From: Salpingoeca rosetta
Taxonomy: Eukaryota > Protista > Choanoflagellata
Reading direction: 5' to 3'
Length of the DNA stretch: 64,000 bases
Assembly: GCA_033442325.1 (NCBI GenBank)
Contig: JAWQFM010000034.1
Span: 522,347-586,346 of the forward strand
This document shows, in pieces, positions 14,744 to 38,356 of the stretch; the first letter of the stretch is position 1, and each line of letters begins with the position of its first letter. The notes under the pieces are model-generated. The model saw only the letters and a program-made list of their open reading frames with translations, was not told the origin of the DNA and did no database searches. Both the position numbers and the translations under genes were made by a program.

Positions 14744-16129
14744 GTGAGTGCCTCGTCGCCTCCGCGCTCGTGCGGGTCGAGGTTGGAGTTCAGGCTGCGG
14801 ATGGAGGGGCCGGTAAAGTATCCCGAAATGGAAGGGGGCGTGTCCGATGTTGGCGATGGCGGCGGATTGCGAATGAAGAAGCTTTGGGAGCAGCAATGCG
14901 GAGCACGTAGAGGAGAACGTCATCGACAATGTCGACACGAGGATGAGCGTTGAAGAACACCAGCGCAGACAACGCTACTGCAACTCCAACGACAGACAAA
15001 CAGACAGACAGACACACACACGCACACACGCACACACGCACACACGCACACACGCACACACACGCACACACACACACACGCACACACACACACACACAGT
15101 GCAGACCTGAGCAACGCGACAAAGAGACCAATGATCTTGATGTAGAAGAAGCTGAGGGAGATGGTGGAGTATCCGAGAGGTCCAAGAAGAGCCATGATGA
15201 GGCACGCCGCAAGACACACCGTTGACGTGATGTTTGTGTATCTTGCATCATAGTCATATTCAACGGGACCCTGTATGATACGAGTCAAGGCAACGACGCA
15301 AGCACGACTTGTGACTGACATGTGCGTGCGTGTTGCACGTGTGTGTGTGTATGTAATCAAGTGCATGAGCGTGCCATGTGTGTGTTGTGCGTGTGTGTTG
15401 TGTACTTGTGCGTCACGTTCCTGTTCATGAGTGGGACAGCCGTTGTTGGCGTCTGTGTGAGAGCAAGCAGCTTGGCCGTTGTGTTTGTATCCGTGTTCGC
15501 GCGTGCGCTGCTCACCGTGATTGGTTTGCTGGAGAGTTGGATGATTTCCCCAAACGTTGCCAAGTAGAACACGCTCGCAATCACGTGTTCCACAAGCAGC
15601 AGCAGACCTGTGTGGATGAAGTTGTGTATATGCGTGTGTGTGTGTGTGCGGATGTGTGTGTTCGTGTTCGTGAGTACATGATGCGCAGCCATGCGTGGTG
15701 ATGTGTGGCAATGTTTTCCTCAGCACTGCATGAAGTTTCTGTCATTAAAAGAGCTGCCGCATGGCTTGAAACAAACACACACGCGCGCGCGCGCATACAT
15801 ACACACACACACACACGCGCGCGCGCGCATACATACACACACATAAACACAGATGATCATCAGAAGCAGCGCAGTGACATCGTGTCATGACCAACCGATT
15901 GCGCCACCAAGCTCAGCACCGAGGGTGCGGCTGATGAGGAAGTATGGGCCCCCACTCCGCATGCGTCCGTTTGTGACAATGGCTGTGGAGGGGGAGGGGA
16001 GGGGCACACATGTGCACACGCAAAGGTCAGAGACCGGGTGGGGACGAGGAAGCGCAAATGCGCATAAAAGTCGAGATGCAGTGTCTGATGCACTCGAAGG
16101 TGTACCACTGCAGACACACAGACACACGA

Positions 16130-16221
<92 letters not shown>

Positions 16222-16409
16222 CGGCACATGCGAGGCTTGACTCACCACTCACACCGGATGTCGTCATGAGCGCGAGCACCAGGATCATGGCCACCATGCC
16301 CAGCGTGTAGTACAGCCCAACCTTCACACACCACGTGCAACCATCGGCCAATGCAGAAGATGAGCTGGTGTGGAAGCTGGAGCGAGATGCTTTGCTGTTG
16401 ACTGCCCGA

Positions 16410-16498
<89 letters not shown>

Positions 16499-16813
16499 AC
16501 ACATACCTCTGCAATGACAAAGGAGATGCGAAGGAACAGCGTCGGGCCGATGATGCCGATGCATGCCGGCACATACACGCCTCGAAACATCGTCAACTTT
16601 CCCTGTGATGTGGAGTACAAGCAAAGGCAGAATCAACATGAGGTTTCGAAGCAGCATGCCGTGGAGAAGGCGTTTCTTCACACAGACACACACACGCACA
16701 GACACACACACACACGCACACGCACACGCGCGCGCGTGCACAGACACACAGACACACAGACACACAGACACACACACGCACACCCCCCACACACACACAG
16801 ACACACACACACA

Positions 16814-16848
<35 letters not shown>

Positions 16849-17522
16849 GCAAACATGCAAAGCCACACACTTGACATTGTCACCAACCCTGGGCATCACA
16901 AAGTCCTTTATCCATGCTGGCATAACAACAACATCAACAGCAGCCAGGCAACACCAGTAAGTGTGCGTGAGGCATCCAAACATAAGCGGAAAATGGGAGT
17001 CTCGGACACATGCATCCACATTGGCAAGTGCAGTCACAGCATGTCCAAACATACACGCACACACACACTCATACACGCACACACATTGGCAAGTGCAGTC
17101 ACAGCAAGTCCCAACATACGCGCGCACACACACACACGCACATTCATACACGCACACACACACACACAACAAGTTATACCCCAGATGGCAGATGCGGGGC
17201 TCCTGTCGTGTGATCGTGGCCCGCTCGGCGGGAGTCCATTGAGAAGAAGATGGGCATGTGGATCTGAAGCCGGGTGCTCGGTGTCCGCTTCAGCGTCATC
17301 ACTGCCGATTCCATGCACGTCTTCCGTGAACACTGCGCTCATGCCGCTGTGCGATGGAGGCGATTGAGGCCGACTGTCCCAGTTCCAGGCAGAATCACCA
17401 CCCATGTTCCAAATGCTTGTCACGCGCGGGCGCGATGCTTCACCGGCAGGCACACCGCCATCATCACCGCCAAGTTCATCACTGCCATCATCACTGCCAC
17501 CACCACCAGCAGTCAACCCCAT
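8873..17522 (-). CDS. SLC12A9: Cation-chloride cotransporter family, SLC12A9-like (many exons)
   Basis: Exons encode [91 protein letters not shown]...[24 protein letters not shown] and C-terminal VIHTDL* (stop at 8873-8875), which match SLC12A9 signatures. The start at 17522 is uncertain because an upstream acceptor-like site lies near 17540. Confidence 0.85.
9616..9727 (-). repeat. (CAA)n coding poly-glutamine tract in the SLC12A9-like C-terminal domain
   Basis: TTG run on + lies within the exon reading [16 protein letters not shown]...QQHQ(n)RRRRDRGW. Confidence 0.75.
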
Positions 17523-17715
17523 CCCCACCACACTCCTTCCTGCAGAAAACACAAACAAATGAATGTTGCGGGTGTCATCGCCAGTTTTCTACATCCAAGA
17601 TGGTGGTTGATGGTGCTGGCACGACAGAAGCATCGCCGAACAACGCAGCGGTCGCACCAGCAGCGCAGACGAGGGTCACCAGCAACAGCTGCAGCAGCAC
17701 CAGTGTTTCTCGGCA

Positions 17716-23441
<5,726 letters not shown>

Positions 23442-23985
23442 CACTATTGTGTGTTTGGCCTGTGTGCACTTGTCTGATATGTCGTTCAACTTACATTAGT
23501 TTTGCGTCTCAACAGTTCAATTTTCGCGTTTCTTTCTCTTATCATCCCCCCCCCCTCTGTTTCTTAATTCAGCGAAGCTGCTGCACGTTTCTCGTTTTCG
23601 CTCTCTTCCGCCCGCTTGCAGTGTTATCATGTTTTTTAAGGGGTGTGCTTCATTGTCAGAGTAACGAGCAAAGCAGGTTTCCACCACTCAAGAAGAGCTA
23701 TGTAAGTAAGCAGCAACCTTAACGACGACCACAACGACTACACGTGTCTAAGACACGAGGGCTAGCTTCCTCACAAGACACACAAGACAAACCAACAACA
23801 CACACTGATGGAAACCACCCACCTCAGCTGCCTAAGTGAAGCAAGCAGTATGCCGAGACGCATAGGAACAAGAGCGAGCACAGGAACACACACCACACGT
23901 GTGTGTGCTGTACGCGCGTGTGTGCACGTATGTGCACGTGTGTGTGTGTGTGTGTGTGTGCATGTGCGTGTGTATTGGGAGGATG

Positions 23986-24173
23986 TCACTCCAGGGGCTC
24001 AGGGGTTGAGAGCGAGGCGCCGTCCTGTTGATCGAGGACAAAGCAGCAGCGGGCACCACATGAGCAAAGCAGCAGCGGGCATCGTGGATGTGTGATATGG
24101 CGGACATTTCGAAGCCAACACTCACACAGAGACAAAGAGAACCACCAAAACTATATCACACACACAACACACC

Positions 24174-24232
<59 letters not shown>

Positions 24233-24655
24233 CGTTGTAGATGATGTTGAGTTCAGATCCCATCGCTGGCCCGCGCAACGCTTGATTGGCTGCACTCAGC
24301 AGCGACGACGACGACGATGATGATGACCGAGACCCGCCTCCAGATAGGAGACCAAGCGCCGCCTCCCGCTCTCGCATGCGCTCGTGCTTGACGTCAAGGT
24401 CGTGGATTGCCTGCAGGCACTGGAGGTAGGACTCGCGGCACGTGCGGTCGCCACAAGGAACAGGATACCTGCAGGCATTGTATGTGTGTATGTGTGTGTG
24501 TGTGAGGAGCATGTGAGGCACACGCGGATGTGGGCAGCAATTGACGAAATGGTGCATTTGCAGTCCAATCTACTTCACTTCCAGACAGACAGACAGACAC
24601 ACACACACACAGACACACAAGCGGGCGCACACACACGCACATATTCACAAATACG

Positions 24656-24689
<34 letters not shown>

Positions 24690-24991
24690 CAACTGAACAC
24701 AACGGCACACCTGTCGTCTTCACAAGGTCCTTGGTACTGGCTCCTGACGCAATGCGAGACAAAGGGGATGTTGTAGTTGTTGCGCGCGTGTCCGGGGCAG
24801 TGCCCAAAGTCCTTGACGGTCCGCTCAAGATTCATGAGCGCAGCCATGACCTGAATTGGAAGGGAGCAAGAGGCGGGGGGGGCAGTGTCAATGGTGTTCA
24901 GGGTGATTGTTGGTGCGGGTGTTGTTGGTGTTGGGTCGAGAGCGCGTGCTCGTGAGATGGACACGAAGACAGTGACTCTTCCGCTTCAAAC

Positions 24992-25027
<36 letters not shown>

Positions 25028-25053
25028 CACACACAGACACACACACACACACA

Positions 25054-25088
<35 letters not shown>

Positions 25089-25834
25089 GGTACGCCATGG
25101 GCACGAGCTTGGTCAAGTCAATGTCCTTCGTGTCGTAATCAATGTACACGAGACGGCCGGAGCGAAACGCAATGTTCCACGGCGCCATATCCTCATACAC
25201 ACCCATGCCGAGCAACAGGTCGTAAAACCTGTTCTTGATCTCCGACAGCAGGTTCAGCCGCAGCAGCGCAATGAGCGTGACTGCATCCACAGTCTCGTAT
25301 GGAATGCGGAACTTGTCCTTGTCGCGAACGAGATACACGCGCCAGTCTGATCGTGTTGTTGACACGCAGTGCTGCTGGTACTTGCGCTGGTGCCCATCGA
25401 GCCTGCAGGCAACGCCGCCGCATGGGAATTGGTGGTGGTGGTGGTGTGAGTGGTGGTGGTGAGAGTGTTGGTAGTGGTGGTGGTGTGAGTGTTGGTGGTG
25501 AGTTATTGATGGTGGCGGTGGTGATGGTGATTGGTGGTGGCGGTGGAGAGAGATTTGCAGTGGAATGTGGTTGGTTACGGTGCAATGCGGGCAAAGAGAC
25601 AACCGCTTCCACGCAATGCGTGTGATGGATGATGTACGTACTGGTATTCAAAGTGGTGGTCGACTTGGTGGCTGGAGTTGCGGAGATCAATGCGGACAAG
25701 TGTCCACGAGTATTTGCCGGCATCAGACGGTGGCGCCACGACCACAGAGGACGCGATGCGGACCGATGTCTCCTCGTGCATCACGAGCCCGTCAACTAGG
25801 GGTGGGGTTGTGTGTGTGTGTGTGTGCGTGTGTG

Positions 25835-25866
<32 letters not shown>

Positions 25867-25983
25867 AGGGTAAGCGGGATTATGCGCGCGTGTGCTTGTG
25901 TTCGTTGCTCATGCAAAGGTAACGACAGGCAAGAAAGGGCATTTCACGAAACACACACACACACACACGCACAAGCACACACA

Positions 25984-26014
<31 letters not shown>

Positions 26015-26872
26015 CACAACACACACACCACAACACACACACACACACTACAACACACACATAACCGAGTCGTCATGCGACCGCACCGATGCTCTGCTGC
26101 ACGCCCATGGAGAAGTGGGGGCTGGGGTGGTCATCGAGCGAATATGTGATGTCGTCACCCGTGTACACGCCGCGGAGGTTGGGGTAGAACACCATCAGCG
26201 CAGCAGACACAATGGCAGGGGAGGGAAGCTGGCGATGGTGGTGGTGGTGGTGGTGGTGGTGGTGGTGGTGGTGTCCGTGGGTGTGAGTGACAACGAACAC
26301 GAGCGTCAAATGGATGCGCAAAAACACACATATTCACACATTCACATTCACACACACACACACACACTTCACACACCTGGACGAATGTTGTGACGGCGTT
26401 TGCGATCATGATGCCAAAAGTGCGGCCGTATTCGCTTCGGCTCAGGTACTGCGACGACGATTGCGACCACAGATCACGCAGGTGGCGCCAGCTCACAAAC
26501 TGGAGAAGTTTGGGGGGAGGGAGGCGGTGGAAGGAGTTGGAAGGAGTTGGAAGGGGTTGTGCATCGTGAGAATGGACAGGATCGACTAGAAGTCATGATA
26601 CACACAATACATACCATACACGCGCGCGCACACACACACACACATATATACACACATACATACGTACACACAAGACCCAAGCCACGTGTAATCACCACAG
26701 CAAACGCAGAAGCAGCACCTGGTATCTGAAGAATTCCGGGGACTTGTAGAACTTGAGCATTGTGCTGCGATCTGTGGGCATGCGTCCCACAATGTTGTTA
26801 AACGCCTTTCGACGTTTAATTTCGCTCCAGTGCCGGTGCGCTTCCTCATTCGACGACTCAAACGACAGCACC

Positions 26873-26924
<52 letters not shown>

Positions 26925-27048
26925 GGTCATGTGAGCGGGGGACACGAGGTGTGTGTTGTGACTCATGATGATCGACTGCCTGGTGACAATCACCTGATGT
27001 GCAACACAGCAGAGAACACACGCCCAAACAAAACAAAAGGAAAGGTGA

Positions 27049-27080
<32 letters not shown>

Positions 27081-27275
27081 TCAGCCTTTGTCCCCCACAA
27101 CCAAGACCCCACCGTGCTGTTTGGCCATGTTGCTGCCACGGCCGTGCTGATGTTTCCAGCGCCGGATCCCCATTCCACGAACGAAAACGGCATGTCGAGC
27201 TGGTCACGCAGCACCTGCAGCAGCCCGTCCACGTCAAACGCACTCTCCTCCATGGCAGACTCTGTGCGTGCGTGT

Positions 27276-27324
<49 letters not shown>

Positions 27325-30300
27325 CGTGCATGAATGGTATTGCGTGTTCACGTGCGTGTGGAAATCGAAGATTCAAACACAATGAAAGCCAGCAAGCAAT
27401 GCATTTGAACAGAACACACGTGCGCGCACAACACATACACCTACCCTCCCTCCTTCCCCCCCCACACACACACGCAACGGCAATGGCACATTGCTGTCGT
27501 GTGCGTGCAGCAGCCAACCTGACCAACCTTGCTTGCGTTTGGTGCTGTGTGGGCAGTCCTGGGTGAGGGAGCAGTAGCGAAGCCCGTGGCCGTCGAGTAC
27601 AAAGTTGATTGGGCACACGTCGGACTGCACCGTGCCTGCAAGCATCGCCGCAAAGAGGCGTGCGCGCGTTGCTGGGCGGATGGGGAGTGCGAGCATGTAG
27701 CTCAGGCTCACGGTGTGGTGGGCACGGGGCACCGCCACGCGGCCCGCAGACTCCTGCTTCTCCTTGGACAGCGTCACCGTCTCGCCCATGTGCAGCGTGA
27801 ACGGCGGTTGCTTGCAGGCATGCACTTGTCGCTGCGCCTGCAGCAGTTGCACGTGGATCAGCACGTGTTCCGGGTTGGCCGTTGGCGCGCGCGATCCTGC
27901 ACAAGCGAATGCGACGTATGTTGTGTGTGTGTATGTGTTGTGGTGTGGTGTGTGTGTGTGTGTGTGTGGTGGGTGGTGTTGTGGTGTGTTTGTGTGTTTG
28001 TGTGTTGTGGCGTGTGTGTGTTGTGGTGTGGTGTGAGTGTGTGTTGTGTGCATGCGTAAGTGCGTGTGCATGTGTTTGCATGTGACATGTGATGTGCGAG
28101 CGAAATGAACAGAAACTTCCTCAACCGCCACCACCACATTACCATGACCAGCCAACAATGGCACATCTCTTCCACCCCACACCCACTTCCCCAACTCTCA
28201 ACCCCATCCTCTCCCTCTTCTCACAGCAACCCACGCACGGTCAGTGAGGAAGTTAATTTGAAACTCCGTGATGCCCACGGCCTCCAGCGACACGCGAACA
28301 AGTCCTTGCAGCTGTCCTTTCAGCGTCGTCACTTCCTCTGCGCTGAGCGCAGCCATGCATGCAAGCAACACCTGCGGGTCGACGGGCTCGAGGTATGTGT
28401 GCTCCGCCATGGCGAGCAGGCGCCCAAGGTAGGCCGGGTAGGACTTGTCCAGCACAGGAATCTGCTCAAACACTTCGCGCCCGAGGAATTGGAACTTGAA
28501 TGCCTGCGGGACGGAGGACAGCGAGAGGACAGTTGCCCCATCCAAGTGGGCGGGGACCACGTGCGTGTTGGAGAGCCGGAGCGAGTGCACCATGCTCATC
28601 ACGCGCGAGAAGAACGGAGCGCTGTCAACGGTGGGCACAATCGCCACCACGGTGCTGTTGCTCCAGAACCGGGCAACCTTGACGCCGAGCAGCGACATTA
28701 CCCGTCCATAGACCTGGATGTTAAACGCCTCGTGTGCAAACGGAAGCGCGTTTTGCTGGCGCGCGTGACCGGCGCGTGCGTCCGCATCAAACGCGCTGAC
28801 GGCCGATGTGCGGGCAATGCGTTTCATGCTGTCGCGAATCAGCGTCCAAAACGCGTCGTACCGCTTCTGCACGTGGCCGTGGCTGGTCAGGCCGCTGTCG
28901 CTTACAAGCAGCTGCCTGCCGTGTCGGCTGTGCTGGTACTCGTCATACTCATCACCGTCTTCACCGCCATCAGCACCAGCGTTCGCATTCCTCAGTGGTG
29001 GTGCATCATCATCGTCATCAGCACGACCATCGCGTATCTTGTTACCACGCTTTAGTCCCCGTTCAATCAAGCGTCGTCGCATTGCTCGCAGGGCCGCCTG
29101 GGGATCATCATCTTCATCATCATCAGCAGCGGCAACACCGTCACCTCCGCCATCTTTGCCAGCGCCAAACGCCTGCTGCCAAGGCCGCTGTTGTTGTTGC
29201 TGCTGTTGTTGTTCCTGCTGCGCCTGTAGCTGTTGGTCATTGTCACTGCTGTCGCTTCCTTGCTGCGTCTGTGCACCAGCATCGTCAGCAGTGCCGTCAC
29301 CACCATCAGCACCATCTTTGTTCTGCAGTTCGAGCAGGGCAGTCATGTCTGCGCTGTCCACGAATTCGACATTCGCTGCGCCCTCGTACTCGTAGTCAAC
29401 ACTCCCACCCCGCATCCATCCAGCCAAACCACCACCGCCGCCACCACCACCACCACCACCAGCAATGTGACCACCACCACCATCACCACCATCACCATGA
29501 GCACCATCACGGTGGGTACCACCACCACCACCACCGCCGCCGCGGCCAGGGGTGTGCATGCCTGCTGCTGCTGATGCCGCTGCAACCTGCGACCACACCG
29601 TTCCGCGAAAGGCAAACGACGTGTGCGGAATGTCAACAAAGACAGGGCCGACGCTGGCGACGGCAACGACGCCGTTAGGGTGGCCCAGGGGGTCCAGGTC
29701 CTGCAGAATGATGCTTGCAGGCAACACGAGGCTGAGGACGCGGAAGAGCGCAGCCTTGCTTGTGCCCTCCATCCCCATCTCCACCAGCGTGTGCACGGGG
29801 AGATACGGGATTTGGTACAGCGGGATGCGCAGCACGAGCGGGCGGGACGGTGTTGGCGGCTGTGACGTTGATGATGCCGATGCACTTGACTTGTCGCTGT
29901 CAGCGTTGCTATTGGCGTTGCTGTCGGCGTTGCGGTTGCCTGTACTCTGCTCCGCTGCCCCATTGCCATCACCACCATCACCATATTCGCCATCACCATT
30001 GTCAGCATTGGAGTCACCACCACCGGCCCCCACCTCACTATCTTGCTGCTGTTCCTGCTCTTGCTGCTGCTGCTGCTGGTCACTCTTCTTCTCTGGCATG
30101 GGTGGGGTGATGCGGACCAGGTGTCCGATACTGACGTCATCATCGTCACGCTGCGATTGCACCCCACCCATCATCATGATGTAATCATCATCCTCCTCCT
30201 CTGCCTCGGCCGTGTCTTCCTCCTCTTCTCCGTTGCCTTGCTGGAGTGGTTGCTGCTTCTTGTTACTTCTGCTCTGTGTTGTCCTCTCATGTGCATCCAT

Positions 30301-32725
30301 GTGCTCTCGCACCGTCAACACCTGTTGCGTCATGTGTTGGTTGTGTGTGTGTGTGTGCGTGTGCGTGCATGTGTGTGTGTGTGTGTGTATGTGTGTGTGT
30401 GTGTGTGTACAAAGCAAACGTGATCAAACAAGTACATGATCACCACGACAATGAAGGGGCAAGCAAAGGTACAACCACCATCACCACAACCACCATCACC
30501 ACCTGCGCCACTGCCACTGCTCACTCACCGTTGGCTCGGCCGGGTTTGAGGTGCGCGCAATGTGACACGAGACAGCGTCGACGTCGTCCCAGTCATCCTG
30601 GAGGTGCGGCCGAAATATCCGCAAGATGTACGCGCACACGCCCGCAGCGAGGCGACGTACTCCGCTGCTCGCACGGTGAAAGGGGGGGGGGTCAATGGGG
30701 CATGGGAAGGAGAGAAGGGTGAGCAGGCGGAAGAGAGGGGACTTGAGAGATGCACAAATACATGCGAGAGAGAGAGACAGACAGAGACAGAGACAGACAC
30801 ACACACACACAGACACACACACAGAGGGGCGAGAGACACACACACACACGCATAGACATCCATACATGGGTATGCACACATATCCACACATGGATATGCA
30901 CGCACACACAGACACATAAGCACGCAAGCACACGCATACACACACGCCCATGTGCCGCACCGGGTGAGCTGCGTTTCGAGGACGCCACCACCGACATCCA
31001 TGATGGAGGAGGTGACGTGTGCAAGGCGCATGGCACGGGCCAGTAGCTGGTGGCGGCTGGACCAATAGGACAGGAAGGACAGTCCGTCTGGGGTGGACGC
31101 AGGCGGCAGCAGCAAGCGCGGACTCAGCAAGAGGGCGTGGCCAAGGAGGAGCTCCAATTCGTGCGGCAGATGCGTTTCGGTGAACAGATCCAAATTGCTC
31201 ACCGCAATCGCAGACACGTGCATCTAACAGTCAAGTGTGTGTTATGTGTGTGTGTTGTGTGTGTTATGTGTGTCATATGTTGTGTGTGTGTTATGTGTGC
31301 AATGAGCGTGCACGTGACGAAAGGAAAGTGCCACAAACGACAACACACACACACACACACACTCACAAACACACACACACACACACACTCACAAACACAC
31401 ACACACACACACAAACGCACACACACACACGCACGACTCACATCTCCCCCTGCCCCCCCCCACACACACACACATGCGCACCTGCGGGTTGTCGACTGCG
31501 TCGGTGATAAAGGCGGCGATATCGTCCTGAACACACACAATCGGGCGAACAGCGGCAGCGAGGTGCCGGATGGACCACAGATACGCGCGCGCGAACGACG
31601 ACGGAATAATGGTGACGATGGAGACACCGTGCTCCTCAGCAAGCGCGCGTGCAACCTGGCCCGTGCCCACCTCCACCACGGTGCCGTCGCGCGCGTGCTG
31701 CAGCAGCTGGCGTGTGAGGGCAGCGAGGATGGACCTGGGCAGGTGGTAGGTCGTCTCCATCGTCTCCAGCGCTTCTCGGACGGCCGCGGTCGGGACGGTG
31801 CTCGTGGCGAAGGCATCGTCGCTCGTGTCTGTGTGTGTATATGAGAGAGAGTGTGTGTGTTTATGTGTGTGAGTGTGTGTTTATGAGTGCGTGTGTGTGT
31901 TTGCATGCGTGTGTTTGCGCGCGCACATGTGTGTGTCTCTCTCTGCCTAACTTGCTGACTCTCCGCCTTTGTCATCCTCTCCCCCCCCCCTCTCTCTGTC
32001 TCCTTCACCCGAGCACCAATCACCCCCCTTCCCCCCTCCGTCATCACCACGACTGACCGCCAGCGAGGATGGAGCGGAGGTAGTCGTATGGGTTGATGTA
32101 CACGAGGTCCGGGTCCTGTCCGACGCGTTCGGCCGCCGCGCGCAACCGCTCGTCTTCGTCCTGGCGCTGGCGATCCAGCTCACGTGCACTCGCGTGGTCA
32201 CGCAGGAACACAGCTGGTGGTGGTGGTGGTCGTGGGAAGATGATGGTGGTGTGAGGATGATGGTGGCAGGGGTGGTGGTGGTCGTCGTCGTGTGAAGATG
32301 ATGGTGGTGTGAGGATGATGGTGGCAGGGGTGGTGGTGGTCGTCGTCGTGTGAAGATGATGGTGGTGTGAGGATGGTGCCATGATGCTGAGTGGTGGCGG
32401 TGGTGGTGTCATGACGGTGACAGGCTAACTTTCGAAGCAACGTGACAAACGTGAGCAGGGATCACTGCCTGCATGCGTGCATGTATGCAGGCAAGCACGT
32501 ACCACGTGCCACGCCCTCCCTTCCCCAACTCTGCCTCACCTTCGTGATCTGGCGTTGGCAGTGGAATGCGTTGCTGCCTGCCTTCCTCCTCCTCCTTTGC
32601 GTACATGTGTTCAAACGCGGATATGTCCGAGAACACGCGACGCCGCAAATGCCATCGCTGCACATGCGCATACGAGTGCGTGTATGTGTGTGTGTGCGTG
32701 TGTGTGAGAGTGTGTGTGTGTGTGC

Positions 32726-32771
<46 letters not shown>

Positions 32772-32996
32772 TTGGGGATTTGTTTGTGTGAGACAACATG
32801 TGGATTTGTTTGCGTGAGTGAGAGAATGGGTGTATTTGCATGTTCATGTGCGTGAGCTGCATCGCATGCTCATGTGCATGACTGAATTCATGCGAACGGA
32901 AGAGGCTCATCGTGCATGCACGTGTCAACAACAACAACAACAACTGAAACAACAACAACAACAACAACTTAAACAACTTAAACAACTTAAACAACT

Positions 32997-33030
<34 letters not shown>

Positions 33031-34114
33031 CTTAAACAACAACAACTTAAACAACAACAACTTAAACAACAACAACAACAACAACCTGTCCTCCCTCAAA
33101 CAAACACCGCAAGAGCGCCTCTCACCGTCTCTGCAGATCGCTGCCGCAGCTGCTCTGCTCGTTCCTCTGAGCTCAACACGTGCCCGTGTCCGTGCGCGTG
33201 ATGCAGCTCGCCATCTCGCGTGTCACCACCACCGCCATCGCCGTCACCATCACCCCTTCCTCTTCGCTGTGCAGTACTGTCAGCGGCATCATCGTCGTCA
33301 TCAGCAGCGCCATCCAGCACACCCGCACGCCGCCGCGATGATGGCTTGCTGTTGCGGCTGCGACCTGGCCTGTGGAACGATGATGAGGCGGCACCGGCAC
33401 CGTCGCGTTGGCGATCGCCACGTCCACCAGCACCAGCATCAGCACCAGCGCCATCATCGCCATACCCGTCCTCTTCGTCCTGCTTCTCGTAAGCTTGCTC
33501 GTCGCCACGCGCGCTGCGGTGCTTGGCCGCGTCCCGCAAGCGCGGCGGGCTGCGGCTCTGCTTGTCAGCGCCGTCAATCTTTGTCTCTGTGAGCTGTCGC
33601 AGTCGCTCCAGAGCATCGTCCAGACGGCCCGCAACCGCATCGTCATCGTCGTCACGAACCACAGGCGCGGCAAGCACGCTCGCAGACACTGACACATGCG
33701 TGTGTGTGCATGTGTGTGTGCGTGCGTGCGTGTGAGTGAGTGTGCGTGTGTGTGCGTGTGTGTGTGTGTGTAAGAGGAGCAGTGATGAGTGAGTGATTGT
33801 GCAAGACGCAGTGAGCGTGTTCTTTGTGTGTGCGTGTGAGACTGCAAGCGGGTGCACTGCGTGCTTGCTTGCAACCCTTGCCGCAGCCACAAACGCAAGC
33901 GCGCGCCAGCATACAAGTTTTTCAGGTGTGTTCTCATCGTAGCAGCACACCTTCAAGTTCACACACGCACACAGAAGCAAGACGACATTGTGCACACTCA
34001 CTCACCAAGACACATGGCGAGAAGAACGGCCATGGTGAACGTCCACACTCTGCGCTGGTTGCCTGCGCTTGTGCCATGACAGCAGCGCCGCTGCGCCAAC
34101 AGCACTGACGCCAT
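23986..34114 (-). CDS. Large secretory-pathway protein with three tandem SAM-methyltransferase-like + kinase-like modules
   Basis: ATG at 34114 ([10 protein letters not shown]...[14 protein letters not shown]|VSASVLA, a signal or anchor sequence). About 16 GT-AG exons, ending [12 protein letters not shown] (stop at 23986-23988). Motif-I-like GTVVEVGTG (~31670) and [14 protein letters not shown] (~27170). Kinase catalytic-loop-like [22 protein letters not shown] (~25160), with degenerate copies [11 protein letters not shown] (~27610) and [12 protein letters not shown] (~29620). Confidence 0.72.
32236..32376. repeat. ~58 nt tandem duplication (gaagatgatggtggtgtgaggatgatggtggcaggggtggtggtggtcgtcgtcgtgt) x ~2.4, intronic
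   Basis: Near-identical copies seen directly. Confidence 0.85.
32927..33085. repeat. Compound (CAA)n / (AACAACTTA)n intronic repeat
   Basis: Seen directly. Confidence 0.85.
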
Positions 34115-34745
34115 CGTTCGAGTCTCCAGCCGCAGGCAGGACTTGGCTGGCTGGCTGGCGCTGTGGCTCACTCGCCTGCTTCCTCACTGCACCCAATCTC
34201 CACACCACACAACGCACCCAGACTGGCACAGCGCAACCAGATTGGCACAGAGCAGAAGCCAACAAGCAAGCAAGCAAGCAAGCAAGCAAAGTCGTTCCGT
34301 GTGTGTGTGTTGGCAGTTGTTTTCGTGTCTTGCTTGCTGAAAAGTGGCTGGAAACATGGCCATTTTTCCGTTTCTCCATCCGCGACTGACCACAAGGAAC
34401 AAGGAGGAAGATGGTGAGTGTGTCAGCGAGAGTGTGTGGAGCGAGAGAGTGTGTGTGTGGGTGTGTCAGCGATGTCTGGCCATGCATGGGGGATCCAGCG
34501 ATCTGTACAGTGTCGCTGGCTGCGGGATCAAGCGTGCGCATGTGGTGGATGTGTATGTAAGATCATGTGTGTGTGTGTATGTCCTTGCTTGCGATTCCTA
34601 ACTCCCTTCCTCACTCACGCGCCGATTCCTCGTGTGCTGTCGTTGCGTGATCTCGCGTGTGTCTGCACATGTCATCATCGCACATGACATCGCGTTGCCT
34701 TGCTCGCTTTTCCTTCTTGGGGTGAAGGATGCGATTACGTCGACG

Positions 34746-38356
<3,611 letters not shown>

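Noticed and set aside
32236-32376. Tandem repeats considered as a CRISPR-like array (also 16997-17160 and 12700-12830)
   Set aside because: No unique spacers, low-complexity units, eukaryotic intronic context and no cas genes.
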